From Octopus vulgaris (Eukaryota), in contig OX597822.1 of the NCBI GenBank assembly GCA_951406725.2, positions 31,186,001 to 31,250,000 of the forward strand: a stretch of 64,000 bases of DNA. Direction: 5' to 3'. Below are positions 14,815 to 28,325 of this stretch, piece by piece. How positions within the stretch are numbered: position 1 is the stretch's first letter; the number at the start of each line of letters is the position of its first letter. The position numbers and the translations under genes are program-made. Below the pieces are notes generated by a model. The model searched no databases. It was not told where the DNA came from and saw nothing but the letters and a program-made list of their open reading frames with translations.

Positions 14815-15470
14815 AGATCGACCCCAGTACACAACTGGTACATAATTTACCGAAGAATGAAAGGCAAAGTCGATCTCGGCGGAATTTGAACTCAGAACGT
14901 AAAGACAGAAGAAATACTTCTAAGCGTTTCGCCGGCATGGCTGTGTGGTAAGGAGCTTGCATCCCTAGCAAGTACTTTCTACTGTAGCACGGGGCCGACC
15001 TAAACGTTGCGAGTGGATTTGGTAGAGAGAAACTGAAAAGAGGCTGTCTTGTTTTTTTTTGTTTTTTTTTCCTCCATTACCTATTTCTTTATTAGCCACA
15101 AGGGGCTAAACATAGAGGGGGCAAACAAGGACAGACACATGTATTAAGTCAATTACATCGAAAGGATGAAAGGCAAAGTCGACCTCGGCGGAATTTGAAC
15201 TCAGAACGTAGTGCCAGACGAAATACCGCTAAGCATTTCGCCCGGCGTGCTAACGTTTCTGCCAGACCGCCGCCTTTTTCTTCCATTACCGCTTGACTAT
15301 TGGTATTAGTTTATGTAGGTCCACGTAGCTTAATTTCTTCCGCAAAACGAGACCAGTAGAATAAATACCAAGCTTAACACTATTTGGGTTGATTTGTTTG
15401 AAAACGAAAAACCCTTCAATACTGATCCCTTGTATGATCGCAATCCATGAATGTCACAACTAAAATCTAT
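14815..15470. mobile_element. Nested cluster of SINE fragments (family A on minus strand, family B on plus strand)
   Basis: GATGAAAGGCAAAGTCGACCTCGGCGGAATTTGAACTCAGAACG-type blocks at about 14855 and 15165, plus the family B head GGCTGTGTGGTAAG at about 14939. Confidence 0.75.
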
Positions 15471-15564
15471 GTGTGTCTACACGTATATGCGCGCGCGTGT
15501 ACATAGCAAGTGAGCTTAATATTGAAAAGAAGCATATTATTTGATTATCGTTATGCACATGAGG

Positions 15565-15617
<53 letters not shown>

Positions 15618-15728
15618 CAATAAAGATTCAAGTTAATTTAAATGAATTTACTTGAATATGGTACCTAACTTAGATGCACCAAAAAAAACTATACTGTTTT
15701 AACAATACAGTAATGTGGGGTGATTATA

Positions 15729-15847
15729 AGCGAGAAAGAAGCAACAAGAATGGATAGGTTTTTAGTACAATCGTTTCATACAAGGACAGGCTTTATTAAT
15801 GAAACGATTGTACTAAAAACCTATCCATTCTTGTTGCTTCTTTCTCG

Positions 15848-15849
<2 letters not shown>
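15729..15849. repeat. Perfect 51-bp inverted repeat (19-nt spacer) in a (TA)n-bounded insert
   Basis: 15729-15779 is the exact reverse complement of 15799-15849. The arms include GAAA-CGATTG-TA, the 3' half of a hammerhead. Confidence 0.9.
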
Positions 15850-15905
<56 letters not shown>

Positions 15906-16561
15906 TAAGTACAAAATATGCTATATTCATATATTTATCAAAATGATATATCTATATATTTTTATTAAGCTGGAGATTTCAATATATTTTTAATCCAATT
16001 ACATGTTCCCTCGGATATTTAAAGTAACGCATATCCAAATCATAGGCTGTAAACTAATTCTATTAAAAACACCGAATATGACAAAACATATCTAACTATA
16101 CATATGTAATTTCAAACCTCAGACGACTCTTTAATTAAACTCTAAATTCGTAATTTCTGCTTTAATGTTTTACTGCAAAACTAACCCTATTAGATTACTC
16201 TATCTTTGCATTTTCTGTTGCTCTTTGCTTCTCTTTTCCTTTGCCTGCATACTCTAGGGTCACAATGTAAGTCAGCTAGCTGGGAGTCGATTTATGCTAC
16301 CCTACCACTGACCATACAACTCCCCTACAGCAAAGAATATAAATATCTTCATTATTTGATTCCCGGGCAATTGTCAAGTTCTCTATTTTATAGTTTCTGT
16401 CGCTGGTGAATGTCGTTTGGGGGTCAAATAAATTTTCACCCATCGGATGAATTTCGGTATCAGTGGCACTGTTTGTATTGACAGATCGCGGGCATACACA
16501 AAGACAAACTGATTTCCGATATAAGTCGCTGCCAAATTCTTCAGATCCTCCCCATAATCAT

Positions 16562-16760
16562 TTTCTTCTTCTTCTTCTTCTTCTTCTTCTTCTTCTTCTT
16601 CTTCTTCTTCTTCTTCTTCTTCTTCTTCTTCTTCTTCTTCTTCTTCTTCTTCTTCTTCTTCTTCTTCTTCTTCTTCTTCTTCTGCTTCTTTTTCTTCTTC
16701 TTCTTCTTCTTCTTCTTCTTCTTCTTCTTCTTCTTCTTCTTCTTCTTCTTCTTCTTCTTC
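16562..16760. repeat. (TTC)n trinucleotide microsatellite
   Basis: Direct reading. Confidence 0.97.
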
Positions 16761-17547
16761 GTTTCTGCTTCACTTACACATCTCATAACGTCACTTCCAT
16801 GTTTATACATATATATATGTGTATGAGAGTATATGCGTGTGTATGAGAGTATATGCGTGTGGAAGAGGGCTGGTAACATTGACGCGTGCATGTTTATGTG
16901 TAGGTGTGTGGATGTGGGGCTGGGAAGTGGTCAGTGTTAGTGTGTGCATGGTGGTGTGATATGATGTGATGTGGTGTTGTGTGGTATTGTAGGGTAGGTT
17001 GTAGTGGTGTGTAGTTTAGTGTGATGGTGTTGGGAGGTGGAGGAGGCGAGAGTGGGGAAAGCAAGGGTGGGGTGTGGGTTACGCTGAGGGTGGGGTAGAA
17101 GTTGGGTATGTGGGAGTGGGTGTGAGGGATGGGATGGATAGGGAAGGTGGGGTTGGATTGTGTAGTGTGGGTGGGGGTTACGAGGGAGGGTGTCGATAAA
17201 GGTCGGAAAGGATAAAATGGGTAGGAGTGAAGAGAAGAGAGAAGGAGAGTTGGAGTGAAGTGAAGAAGGACTCAGAGCAAGAGAAGAAATGTGGGTGGAA
17301 GGAAGTAGGTGTGAAGGGGAGAGAAGAGACGGGAGGGGGCTAGATGAAGTGGGGACGCGAGTTGAGCGCATGTGGCGCAAAGGAGCGGAGAGAGAAGATT
17401 AATCCTTGTTCACGGCGCAAGCTGGAGTCCGGATGGCCCCTGTGCAAGGCCAATCTGAACACAGACAGGTGTTTCAAAGAGTGATCGGTAGAGCGGAAAT
17501 GGCGCGAGACCAGAGCGTCATTGCCGAGTCGGATGTTTCGGAGTTAT

Positions 17548-17583
<36 letters not shown>

Positions 17584-18794
17584 GCGTTATATATCTCAAA
17601 ACATTAGTTCGATTCAATATTTTTGGCAACGATGATAATAAAATCATGCCCAGGAATAAATCTTTCATGCCATTTAAAAACTCAACAACTGAGGTTATTT
17701 TTTATCACCAAGGTAGCATTCTTATGCATCTGAATTTTGCAGGCTCATATGGAGTTTATAGCCCCCCCCCCACCTGATTTGAATAAAATATTTTATGCAC
17801 TAATATTTGAACTATAAGATGATGGATAATCAATATGAGCAAACAGGAAGTAGTTTTATTGCAGAAAGATTTAATAATGCTAATTTAGAAAATAAGACTA
17901 CGTAAGACATTAATCTTATTATATCGAATGGTTTATCCATCACCACGTTCTGCATACAAAGATTATTCAATGCCTGAGGCTTGATACGAAACAATTTTAT
18001 AAATATGAAATTTCTTATAAACAGTTGTGTTGCATGATTAAATTTCTAACATTAATAAGAGAATATGATGAGTGCCTTCATTTTAAGCCGCTGTAATTTA
18101 TTATTACATGAATGAATAGCAGCAATGAACGAACAAAAGGTTTACTGAAAAGAAGTACCTAAATCTTTTAATATCCCAAAGCGTAGGAAAAGAAAACATG
18201 AAGTTCTTGACAGCACCTTGTATTCAGTTTAAATATGAATATAAACGGGAAAAGTTTCTAAATTTAATTTCCTATAATTTTTCCAAAATCTAAAAATAGC
18301 ATAAAATCCCAAATAAAAATTTAATTTTGCTGTACTGCATATAAAGTCATTAAAGGTTCTATCAAAAATTATATGTTGAAGAGACTGCAATTAATAAACT
18401 GTGTTAATCGAGATAATTACAGTCTGATGAAAATTACTAGGTGTACACGTTATTATACAGAAAAGAAGTATACCCGAACGAAGGTGTCAGATCTGCGTTT
18501 TGTATCGAAACTGATTAAATTCGAAAGAAAATTAAATTTGAAAGGAAACAACTGGTTTCTTGGAGTTTACTTAGTAAAACTTTCAGAAGGACGCTGCATA
18601 TGATGAACACCAAGATGTTTGCCTTTGGTGTAGGATCATCATATTGCAATGGAAGGTAACTGTTTACATATGTATTGTCATTTATGATTTATTGCCAAGC
18701 GGTATTTCTTTATATATTTATTTATTTCTGAATGTTAGGCCTTTTGATAGAAAACCTAAATCCGTATTATGTGGGAACCAAACCAGTTTTTTAA

Positions 18795-19057
18795 ATTTCT
18801 TTACTGCCCACAAGGGGCTACACAAGGACAGAAAAACGGATTAACTCGAGTATATCGACCCAGTGCATAACTGGTATTTATTCGACTCCGAAAGGAGGAA
18901 AATCAAATTCCGCCGAAGACATCTTTGCCTTTCATCCTTTCGGGGTCAATTAAATAAGCATCAGTTTCGCACTCGGGTCGATAAAATCGACTTAATCCGT
19001 TTGTTTGTCCTTGTTTGTCCCTTCTGTGTGTAGCCCCTTGTGGGCAGTAAAGAAATA
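18795..19057. mobile_element. Head-to-head inverted pair of SINE family A 3' portions
   Basis: ATTTCTTTACTGCCCACAAGGGGCTACACA at the left end and TGTGTAGCCCCTTGTGGGCAGTAAAGAAAT at the right end. Confidence 0.8.
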
Positions 19058-19369
19058 AAAAATTCTAACTATTTAGCAAGTTACAACAATCTTCAAAGGA
19101 TAAACGTAAAATAGATTTGACATTACGTTGATTAGTCTGGCAATTAGTACGGCTGATGAATATCATCAAGTAACAGCGAAAGCATGTCATTTTTACTTTT
19201 CTAATGGTTTCATTGAGAGAAATATATTACTAAACAATATTTCATTGGAAATTTACTTGATTTAATATTTAATTCAATAAATTTAATGATATTCCCTTTC
19301 TTGGATTAATTGGAAATATTACCACGTGTGCACTCTCTCAAAAGAAAAAAAGATCTCACATTAGAATAG

Positions 19370-19526
<157 letters not shown>

Positions 19527-19793
19527 CAGAGAGATGCCCTGATACAGTACCACACTATGCCCTGATGCAATGCCCGACAGTGACTCTTATTTTTATTTTC
19601 CTTAAATTCTCGTGCGTCTTGTAAACTTTTCAATCCAAAAGTTACGTTTTCCGTAAATTGTTCGAAAGTAGTCTAATATTCCTTCTTTCAAAAAACAAAG
19701 GCAAGATAACTTAATAAACCTCTCTCTTATTTTGATATAGTTTAACGCTGCAGTAACCATATAGTGGCATATGACTTTATAAACGCCGTGGAA

Positions 19794-19937
<144 letters not shown>

Positions 19938-20044
19938 CATACGTATATATATAATATATATATTATATATATTATATAAATATATACCATGCATATATAT
20001 ATACACATATATATTCATACATACACATATATATATACATACAT

Positions 20045-20091
<47 letters not shown>

Positions 20092-20140
20092 TGTGCAAAG
20101 CACACGAAGATACATGCAGATATATATATATATATATATA

Positions 20141-20385
20141 TCACGTGATCACGTGACCGACCAGTCCATCAGATGTAGTTACACATCGCTGGTCACAATG
20201 CATTCGCATTGTTTTAGCCTTCGAATGACGCCACCCCGCTGGCTAAGCGAGCAAGTCAACAGAAGAAAGAGATGGAGAAAGAGTGGTGAAAGTGTACAGC
20301 AGGGATCAACACCCCCTACCGGAGCCTGGTGGAGCTTTTAGGTGTTTTCGCTCAATAAACCTAACCACTAGGCCATTGCGCCTCC
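20141..20385 (-). mobile_element. tRNA-derived SINE (family C)
   Basis: Reverse complement of 8503-8772, with a deletion in the head. Confidence 0.8.
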
Positions 20386-20386
20386 A

Positions 20387-20462
<76 letters not shown>

Positions 20463-20500
20463 ATTATATACATGTGTGTGTGAATATTACACACTCACAC

Positions 20501-20557
<57 letters not shown>

Positions 20558-20728
20558 GTACGTGTGTTTGAAAAGGTTAATTAAAAGCGTTCACGCACTA
20601 GGAATAAAACTTCTTCCCGAAAAAGGTTAGTGACATCCTGATACAATATTATATTAATTTTTTTTAATAATAATTTTGAAAAAGATCAACTTTGCACTTC
20701 AAAAGTAGTAAGTTATTCTCATAGAACG

Positions 20729-20787
<59 letters not shown>

Positions 20788-20802
20788 ATACGCATATACA
20801 TA

Positions 20803-20841
<39 letters not shown>

Positions 20842-21294
20842 TATATATGCATATATATCTATATGTGCGTGTGTTTGTGTGTGTGTATGCGTGTGTGTGT
20901 ATGCATGAGTGTGTGTGGGTGATATTCAAACAAAAATAGGTTTATAGTCGGAAATAGATACAGTATATTGTGCATATTTTCTGGATTTCAAGATTATGAA
21001 ATAATTGATATGGTGTTGGGAAGCAATGGCGCATGAAGCAGACAGGAAAACGACACTGTAAATTAACGGTAATCAAGTATTCATACATTCTACAAAGGTC
21101 AATTTCGTTAGTGTCTTCTGTTCAGAGAATTAGTGAACAGAATTTTGAAAGTACGTACTTGTAGCACAGAGACCTACATTTCAGTGACCATATGCACAAG
21201 TACATGAGCAGTATCTATCCTGAAGAATAAAAACCGTTGGAAAATGGTAAATAAAAATTACCAACAAAAAACAAACAAAAAACAAACAAAATAG

Positions 21295-21800
21295 GCGTTG
21301 TCCCACTGCGTGGCAGCTTGGGCAAGGGTCTTCTACTATAGCCTCGGGCCGACCAAAGCCTTGTGAGTGGATTTGGTATACGAAAACTAAAAGAAGCCCG
21401 CCGTTGCGTTCAAATTCCGCCGAGGTTGACTTTGCCTTTCATCCTTTCGGGGTCGATAAATAAAGTACCAGTTTCGCACTGGGGTCAATGTAATCGGTTT
21501 AATCCGTTTGTCTGTTCTTGTTTGTCCCCTCTATGTTTAGCCCCTTGTGGGTAGTAAAGAAATATATATATATATATATATATATGTTTGTGTGTCTGTG
21601 TTTGTCCTGCCAATATCGCTTGACAACCGATGCTGTTTTGTTTACATCCCCGTAACTTAGCGGTTCGGCAAAAGAGACCGATAGAATAAGTACTAGGCTT
21701 ACAAAGAATAAGTCCTGTGGTCGATTTGCTCGACCAAAGGCGGTGCTCTAGCATGGTCACAGTGAAATGACTGAAACAAGTAAAAGAGTAAAAGAGATAA
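21295..21800 (+). mobile_element. SINE family B with a family A copy nested at about 21405-21562
   Basis: Family B blocks GGCCGACCAAAGCCTTGTGAGTGGATTTGG and GACTGAAACAAGTAAAAGAG surround the family A core GTTCAAATTCCGCCGAGG. Confidence 0.8.
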
Positions 21801-21887
21801 AGAAAAATATGAAGTGAAATTACTTCGTAATAATATACAACTTCGTTTTCAGTATCGCAGATAGTTGGTCACACTACTGAGGGCAAA

Positions 21888-22095
21888 TACGAAGGGGTGT
21901 TAAAAAGTTCTTAGCTTGGTAAGAGAAACTACAAGTAGACCAGTTAATGATGATTTTACTGAACATGTTCTCTCAGATTCACACACTCATTGCAGCGGTC
22001 CTTCAGTTTTTCTAAGCATTGTAAGACCTTTGGTAGAACTTCAACCAGGCTTCTCGTGATACTCTTAAAAACAGGAACTTTTCAGGCTCTTTGTA
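21888..22095. mobile_element. Mariner-type MITE
   Basis: TACGAAGGGGTGTTAAAAAGTTC ... GAACTTTTCAGGCTCTTTGTA form imperfect TIRs with TA ends. Confidence 0.6.
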
Positions 22096-22453
22096 TAGTG
22101 AGAAATATAGAATGTAGATGGATGGACAATCTTGAATCACATATCTCAGTCTGAACTACAGAAATGTATGACGTAAAAATGCGAAAATTATCTATCTTTC
22201 TCTACAAGAGTGTGCAAAAGCGCAAACAATATGCAACCGAAAACGTACATATACATATATTCACACAATCACATTGACACATGCATATAATCTCTGTGGA
22301 TGTATGTATGTATGTATGTGTGTATGTATGTATGTATGTGTGTATGTATGTATGTATTTATATATGTATGTATCTACCTATCTATCTCTCTCTCTCTCTC
22401 TTTATATATATATATATATATATATAGCTAGCTAGCTATAGATATATTTATAT

Positions 22454-23723
22454 ACTAGTGTAAGTCAAAAGTTAAACATGAATAAACTAGAGTAAGTCAA
22501 AAATTTGCCACAACTTTCTTTGGGCTGGCCGCGCTACCTTCATTGCTCGCGTACTGGAAAGTGATGCAATTGTGGTTACATAACCGAAGTTTGACCTAGA
22601 TAGTTCCACCATTAAACATGGTTCCTCGTCTGGCAGTGTACACCAGCGAAGTACAGTGTCCAATGAGCGGATTTCTCTGCTCTGAAGTTGTATCGCGGAC
22701 TGAAATTCATCGGACACTTTCGGTCAATTTGTGAAGTCAGCACTCTACCATGCAGAAGTGTGTATGAGCGGATCAAGTATTTCAAAAGTGGCCGAACAAG
22801 TGTGAAGCACGAAGAAGGTATAGGACGCCCATCACCCTCCACCAGTGACATGAATAATCAACTCAAGAAATGATTCTGGCGAACCGATGAGGGGTTATTT
22901 TGAAGAGGGTGCATGCTTTACGCAACAGACATGGTTCTTCATACGAAATCATCCACAACAAGATTCGCTTCCGTAACATCTATGCGAGATGGGTGTCAAG
23001 CGAGCTTACTGAAGCGTATAAGCGCAATCGTGTACAGATTTATCAACGCTCACTCGAATAATTCAGCACTAAAAATGAATCATTTTTGGAGCGTATAATA
23101 ATAGGAGATGAGATTTGAGCCAGAACATAAAATTGAATGGAATCACCCAGAATCTCTAACATTAACATAATTTAAGAATCAGTCTTTGTCAGAGAAAGAG
23201 GTGCTAACCGAATTTGTGATTTAGAATGCACTGTACTGGAATATTACCTGGAAAAGTGGTCTATAATCACCTGGGTCGGCTAAAGTAAAAGTGTTGGTCA
23301 GAAAACTGCCATCTTCAATTCACAACAGACGCCAAGTTCTACTGTCAAAGTAAGTGTTATTGTTGCATGACAACGCACGCCCACATACGGCCGCCCACAC
23401 TGCTGAGATCATTGAAAAATTGGGTTTTGAGTTGCTGGAGCAACCAGCATACATTTCCCTTCCGACTATCACTTCTCTGGACCGCTGAAACAAGTTTACA
23501 AAACCATGGATTGGTTAGGGACGAAGTGGTGCAAGAAAGTGTTCATTAATAGTTCTGGGACCATCTGATAAACCTTCTTGTCCTCTAAAACAAACCAGCT
23601 TGTGGTCCACTGATTAAAGTTAATGGAAAATTAAGAAAACAATGTCGGAAAATGTTGTAATTGTTCAAACCCTGCTTTTGTTATAATAAATTACAAAAAC
23701 CAGAGAACATAATTTAACCTCGT
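22454..23723 (+). pseudogene. Decayed mariner transposon / transposase pseudogene
   Basis: Fragments LPCRSVYERIKYFKSGRTSVKHEEGIGRPSPS, IIIGDE, LLHDNARPHTAAHT, LGFELLEQP, PSDYHFSGPLK in shifting frames. Confidence 0.85.
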
Positions 23724-23880
23724 GAGTATGTGTATATGTGTGTGAGTGTTTGTGTAAATTTACATAGATACTTGGTTAAATATTATATACATACATACCC
23801 CCATACACATACACAAACACACGCACAAACACAGATACACAGACATACAGACACACAGACACACACACAGACACACACAG

Positions 23881-23932
<52 letters not shown>

Positions 23933-24249
23933 CGGGAGACAATGCGTTACATAACTGACGAGTGAAGCTACGTACACTATCAATATGTGCGATTAATACA
24001 GACATTGTTTTCCCAGATTTAAAAAATTTATATTTGAGAAAGCGATAATCTTGGGTTCCATAAATATTGACAATACTAAGAATCTCTGGCGTTGGAAATA
24101 TTTTGTAAACAACATTTCCGGAAAACCTACGTATTGTTTTTATACTTTTCAAACATTAATATTTCAGATAACTAATTACAGTACTATTACATTATCAGAT
24201 AAAAACTGGATGCTGGCGTCTTGTTTTGAATTAAGTAGCCATATAAGGA

Positions 24250-24300
<51 letters not shown>

Positions 24301-24764
24301 TTATGTATGTACACATATATATATATATACACTTATGTATGTACACATATATATATATACACATATATACTTATATATATACATATATTATATATTTATT
24401 TATAGATCGATAAACATAAATATACATACATGTATAATCACACGAGTACATAAATATATATATATATGTAAATACGTGAATGTACGCGCGCGCGTGTTTT
24501 TGTGCACGTGTGTGAAGGCACGTGCCATGGTTGTTAATGTGTTGCCATCATGATCGCTAGATCACGTGGGGAGAGGTAGAGGGGCGAGAAAAAATGAAAA
24601 AATGAAAGGGACAGAGTGAAGTGAAAGAGGAGGGAAGGTGAGTATGAAGACATGGCCAGGAAATGTGAGAGAGGGGGAACGAATAAACGAAGTGTTGAAT
24701 GAACGAAGTAATTTAGAAAGACGGTAATGATGAAAGCATAGAAAGAATAATAGAGTCGTACAAA

Positions 24765-24809
<45 letters not shown>

Positions 24810-24981
24810 AGACCAAAATGTACGTACGCCACTATGTATTTTTATATAAAAAAGTACAATGAAGGGACAAAAAACATCCAGACAGACAATAGAAAGAAAA
24901 CAATGACGGGTTACTCGGAACTGTCTCTCCTCTGTCGAGTTTTATACACGCACACATACATACACACACACACACACACGC

Positions 24982-25104
<123 letters not shown>

Positions 25105-25109
25105 AAGTG

Positions 25110-25287
25110 AAATAGAACAAGGTAGAAGATGTTAAAATGATTTTATCTTGAAGAACATTTTATAACGGTTTCAGTCTGCGGAAAATGAAGAAAAATGAAA
25201 TTAAATGTGTTTTAAAAATATTTCCAAAGTGTTCAAATGCATGGGAATTTTCTTTCTTTCTGTCTGTCAGTGTGTGTGTGTGTGTCA

Positions 25288-25344
<57 letters not shown>

Positions 25345-25480
25345 AGGTCCAGGACGTAGGTAATAGTATGTCTGAAGGACTATTTAATATGAAGGATGTA
25401 GGTTCTTGGTTTTGATTCTTTAAGAAGAAGTATCTAAATGTTTTTCATGTTAAAATTATTTTAGCATTTTTACCTTGTTG
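25110..25480. repeat. Microsatellite-bounded insert with short inverted termini and a hammerhead 3' half
   Basis: ACAAGGTAGAAGATGTTAAAATGATTTTA pairs with TAAAATTATTTTAGCATTTTTACCTTGT. The minus strand has GACT-GAAA-CCGT-TA at about 25160-25176. Confidence 0.5.
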
Positions 25481-25637
25481 TATATAGCAACTCGTGTGTT
25501 ATTATTCAACCTTCTACACACACACACACACATACACACACACACACTCATACACACACACTCTCTCTCTCACACACACACACTCACACACACTCTCTCT
25601 CTCTCTCTCACACACACATATACATATATATATATAC

Positions 25638-25760
25638 TTCGACGGTTTTCTTTCAGTTTCCCACTACCAAATCCACTCACAAGGCTTTGGTCGGCCCGAG
25701 GCTACCGTAGGTGCCACGCAGGGGAACTGAACCCGGAACCATATGGCTGGGAGGCAACTT
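25638..25760 (-). mobile_element. SINE family B fragment
   Basis: CCAAATCCACTCACAAGGCTTTGGTCGGCCCGAGGCT is the reverse complement of about 21340-21380. Confidence 0.8.
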
Positions 25761-26216
25761 TATTTTTATGTATTTATATTTATATATGTACTTAATACAT
25801 CCTTTTACCTATATTTCAAACTAAAGAAAATATCTATATGATTATGTACTTAAATCAGACAACACGCGCACCTGCGCATACACAAACACTCACGGACGTT
25901 CTTGTTAGGCTGCCTCACTTCAAAAACTAAAAATGTTATCGGAAATTTTATAATGTGGCAAGAGGCAAAAGAGTTCTCATGTTCCGCTTGTTACTATTGA
26001 GCCAGACATGAATGTGTCTGTGGCTTACGATTGGCTAAAATTACCAAAATTTCGAACTTCAATGACTAATAACTCTTTATTTGTTGATTTATAGCGAAAT
26101 TACTTTCACGTCATTAATTAGCTTATAAAAGCGTATCATTACACTGAATATGAAATTAATTCGAACAGAATTGATGCTGGCAGTGAAATAGAAAAGATCC
26201 ACAAACACAAACACAA

Positions 26217-26248
<32 letters not shown>

Positions 26249-27899
26249 CCACACACATACACACACACATATATGTATTTATCCTGTGTATACATTGACA
26301 CATAGCTGGATAACTGAGACCTTACTCCACTACTATATTTGATTTTGTGCCGTAAGATGAGTTTGTTTTCTGCTTTTTTCTTCTTCTTTAACGCTTGAAC
26401 AAACCAAACTAGCAGATTTACCTAACCCAGCAGATTTATTACGAAATGTCTTTTCGGGAAATGTAATTTATGTGCGTCTAGTTAAATTTATCGAATGCAG
26501 ATTTTGCTTTTGCTGTTTCCAGTTTGGTGTTCGAAATTCGTTTGAGCGTAATTTGGCATCTATTTCTACTTAATCACTTAAATGATACACCTGTTTCTCT
26601 ATACATATACATAACAACAGTCTGAATAGCAACTGTATTGAACATAAAGTGAAAAATACCTGAGAAAAATCCCAGGCGTCCTCAATCTAAATGGAAAAAT
26701 TCTTCCTACACTACATGTAAAAATATTTCTAATTGCTGATACAATATAAACAATGCAACCAGCATTTGTTTGTTCCTGGTATCTATTTTCGTATATGGGG
26801 TGGGATCATGAAATGAAGGTATGGCGGTGTGATTTAGCACCGAAATATGAAAGAAGAAAACAAAATTCCCTTTTGCCTCTATTGCTTCATTTGATATCGA
26901 TCTCGCATATGTATATTACAACATACACGTGTAAGATGAGAAAATCACATCTGATAACATTGTTATATTTACAGGAGTGTTTACATTATAGTTTTCTGGT
27001 GGTAGAAATGTAAGGAGAATCCCTGCCATTTTGAATATTGATAATAGTAGATATAATTAAACATTAATATTTCATATACAGGTAATCTGGGGTTCTGTAA
27101 ATAATGATTGCACTAAGAATAATTACTAAATATTTTGCAACAAGACTTTTGTAAAACATATCTATTGCTTTAGATAGATTTCAGCCATTAATATTTCAGA
27201 TAAGTAATTACAGCCAAATCAGATACAACAGGATGTTGGCAACTTCCTTTGTACGTAGGAGCCATATTACGACTTCTGTAACTGGAGTCTTTACTGAATA
27301 ACGCATTCCGCAAAACAAGTTAGTTGGTTTGCTTTTAGTATATTTCACATAGAGGCTATTGAAATATTAACTAGAAGTAATTATGCTGTGGAGAAAATCA
27401 ATACCATACAATATTTTCTCAATTACGGGAGACAATTTAAAACACACTTCGATATTATTATGACCTTACTAGCAAAGTATATACTTAATCATACTTAAAT
27501 TAACAGCAGCGTGGGAGCCACTAATTAAATATAGAATATAGTACATTTACTGGTAAAAATAATATGGTTTCTTAAAGAGTCGAGAATATTTGACTGGATT
27601 TACTGAACATGCCAAAGTAATTACAATACTATTTGCAATCGAATATTTTTTCGTACTGCATAATTTTACCCAATAAACCAATACTGTTTTCTTTGCATTA
27701 AACATTTTAAACATAACATCCTAAAATAATATAAGGTATTATGTGTGTTAACTGCAACGGCATTTCTTGTAAATCTTGTACAAATAACTTATCCTTTGTT
27801 TTGTATGTTATCAGGTTGAACAAAAAGTAAGCAACGTTTTGAAACATGAAATTCATCACAATATATTTCAACAATGCAGAAATTTTATTCATTAATGTA

Positions 27900-28325
27900 C
27901 CGTTACAATCCATTCATTTTTGCCTACGAGTTACAAGTTTGTTTATTCCGGTAAAATAAAATCTGGAGTTCTGGAGCCGATGAACTCTTTGAACGCACTT
28001 TCAGCATTAGTGTGTGGTCGAGCATTGTCATGAAGAATGATTAACCCTCTTCTGTTGGCCAGTCCAAGACTGAGGGGTGGAAGGTTTTCGTTCATTTTGG
28101 CAATTTAATGGCAATATATGTCTGAAATAATGTTTTTTCCGGGTTTAATAAACTTATAGTGGACGAATCCAGAAAAACACCACCAAACAAGCACCTTCAC
28201 CTTATTTTTTGAAGAGCCCGGTTTTGGGAAGGTTTTCGGTGCTTCATTTTGGTCCACCCAACTCAAAGAATGTGTTATCCTATTGTACAGAATCCACTTT
28301 TAATCGCACGTTACAATATGCCCGC
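27900..28325 (-). pseudogene. Mariner transposase fragment
   Basis: The minus strand encodes ILHDNARPH (about 28013-28040) and an APELQIYFTG relic of the YSPDLAPSDY region. Confidence 0.65.

Noticed and set aside
16937-17380. 147-aa His/Pro/Ser-rich ORF
   Set aside because: It results from extreme strand compositional skew and has no recognisable domain.
19150-19190. Hammerhead candidate CTGATGA...GAAAGCATGTC
   Set aside because: No helix I, II or III pairing.
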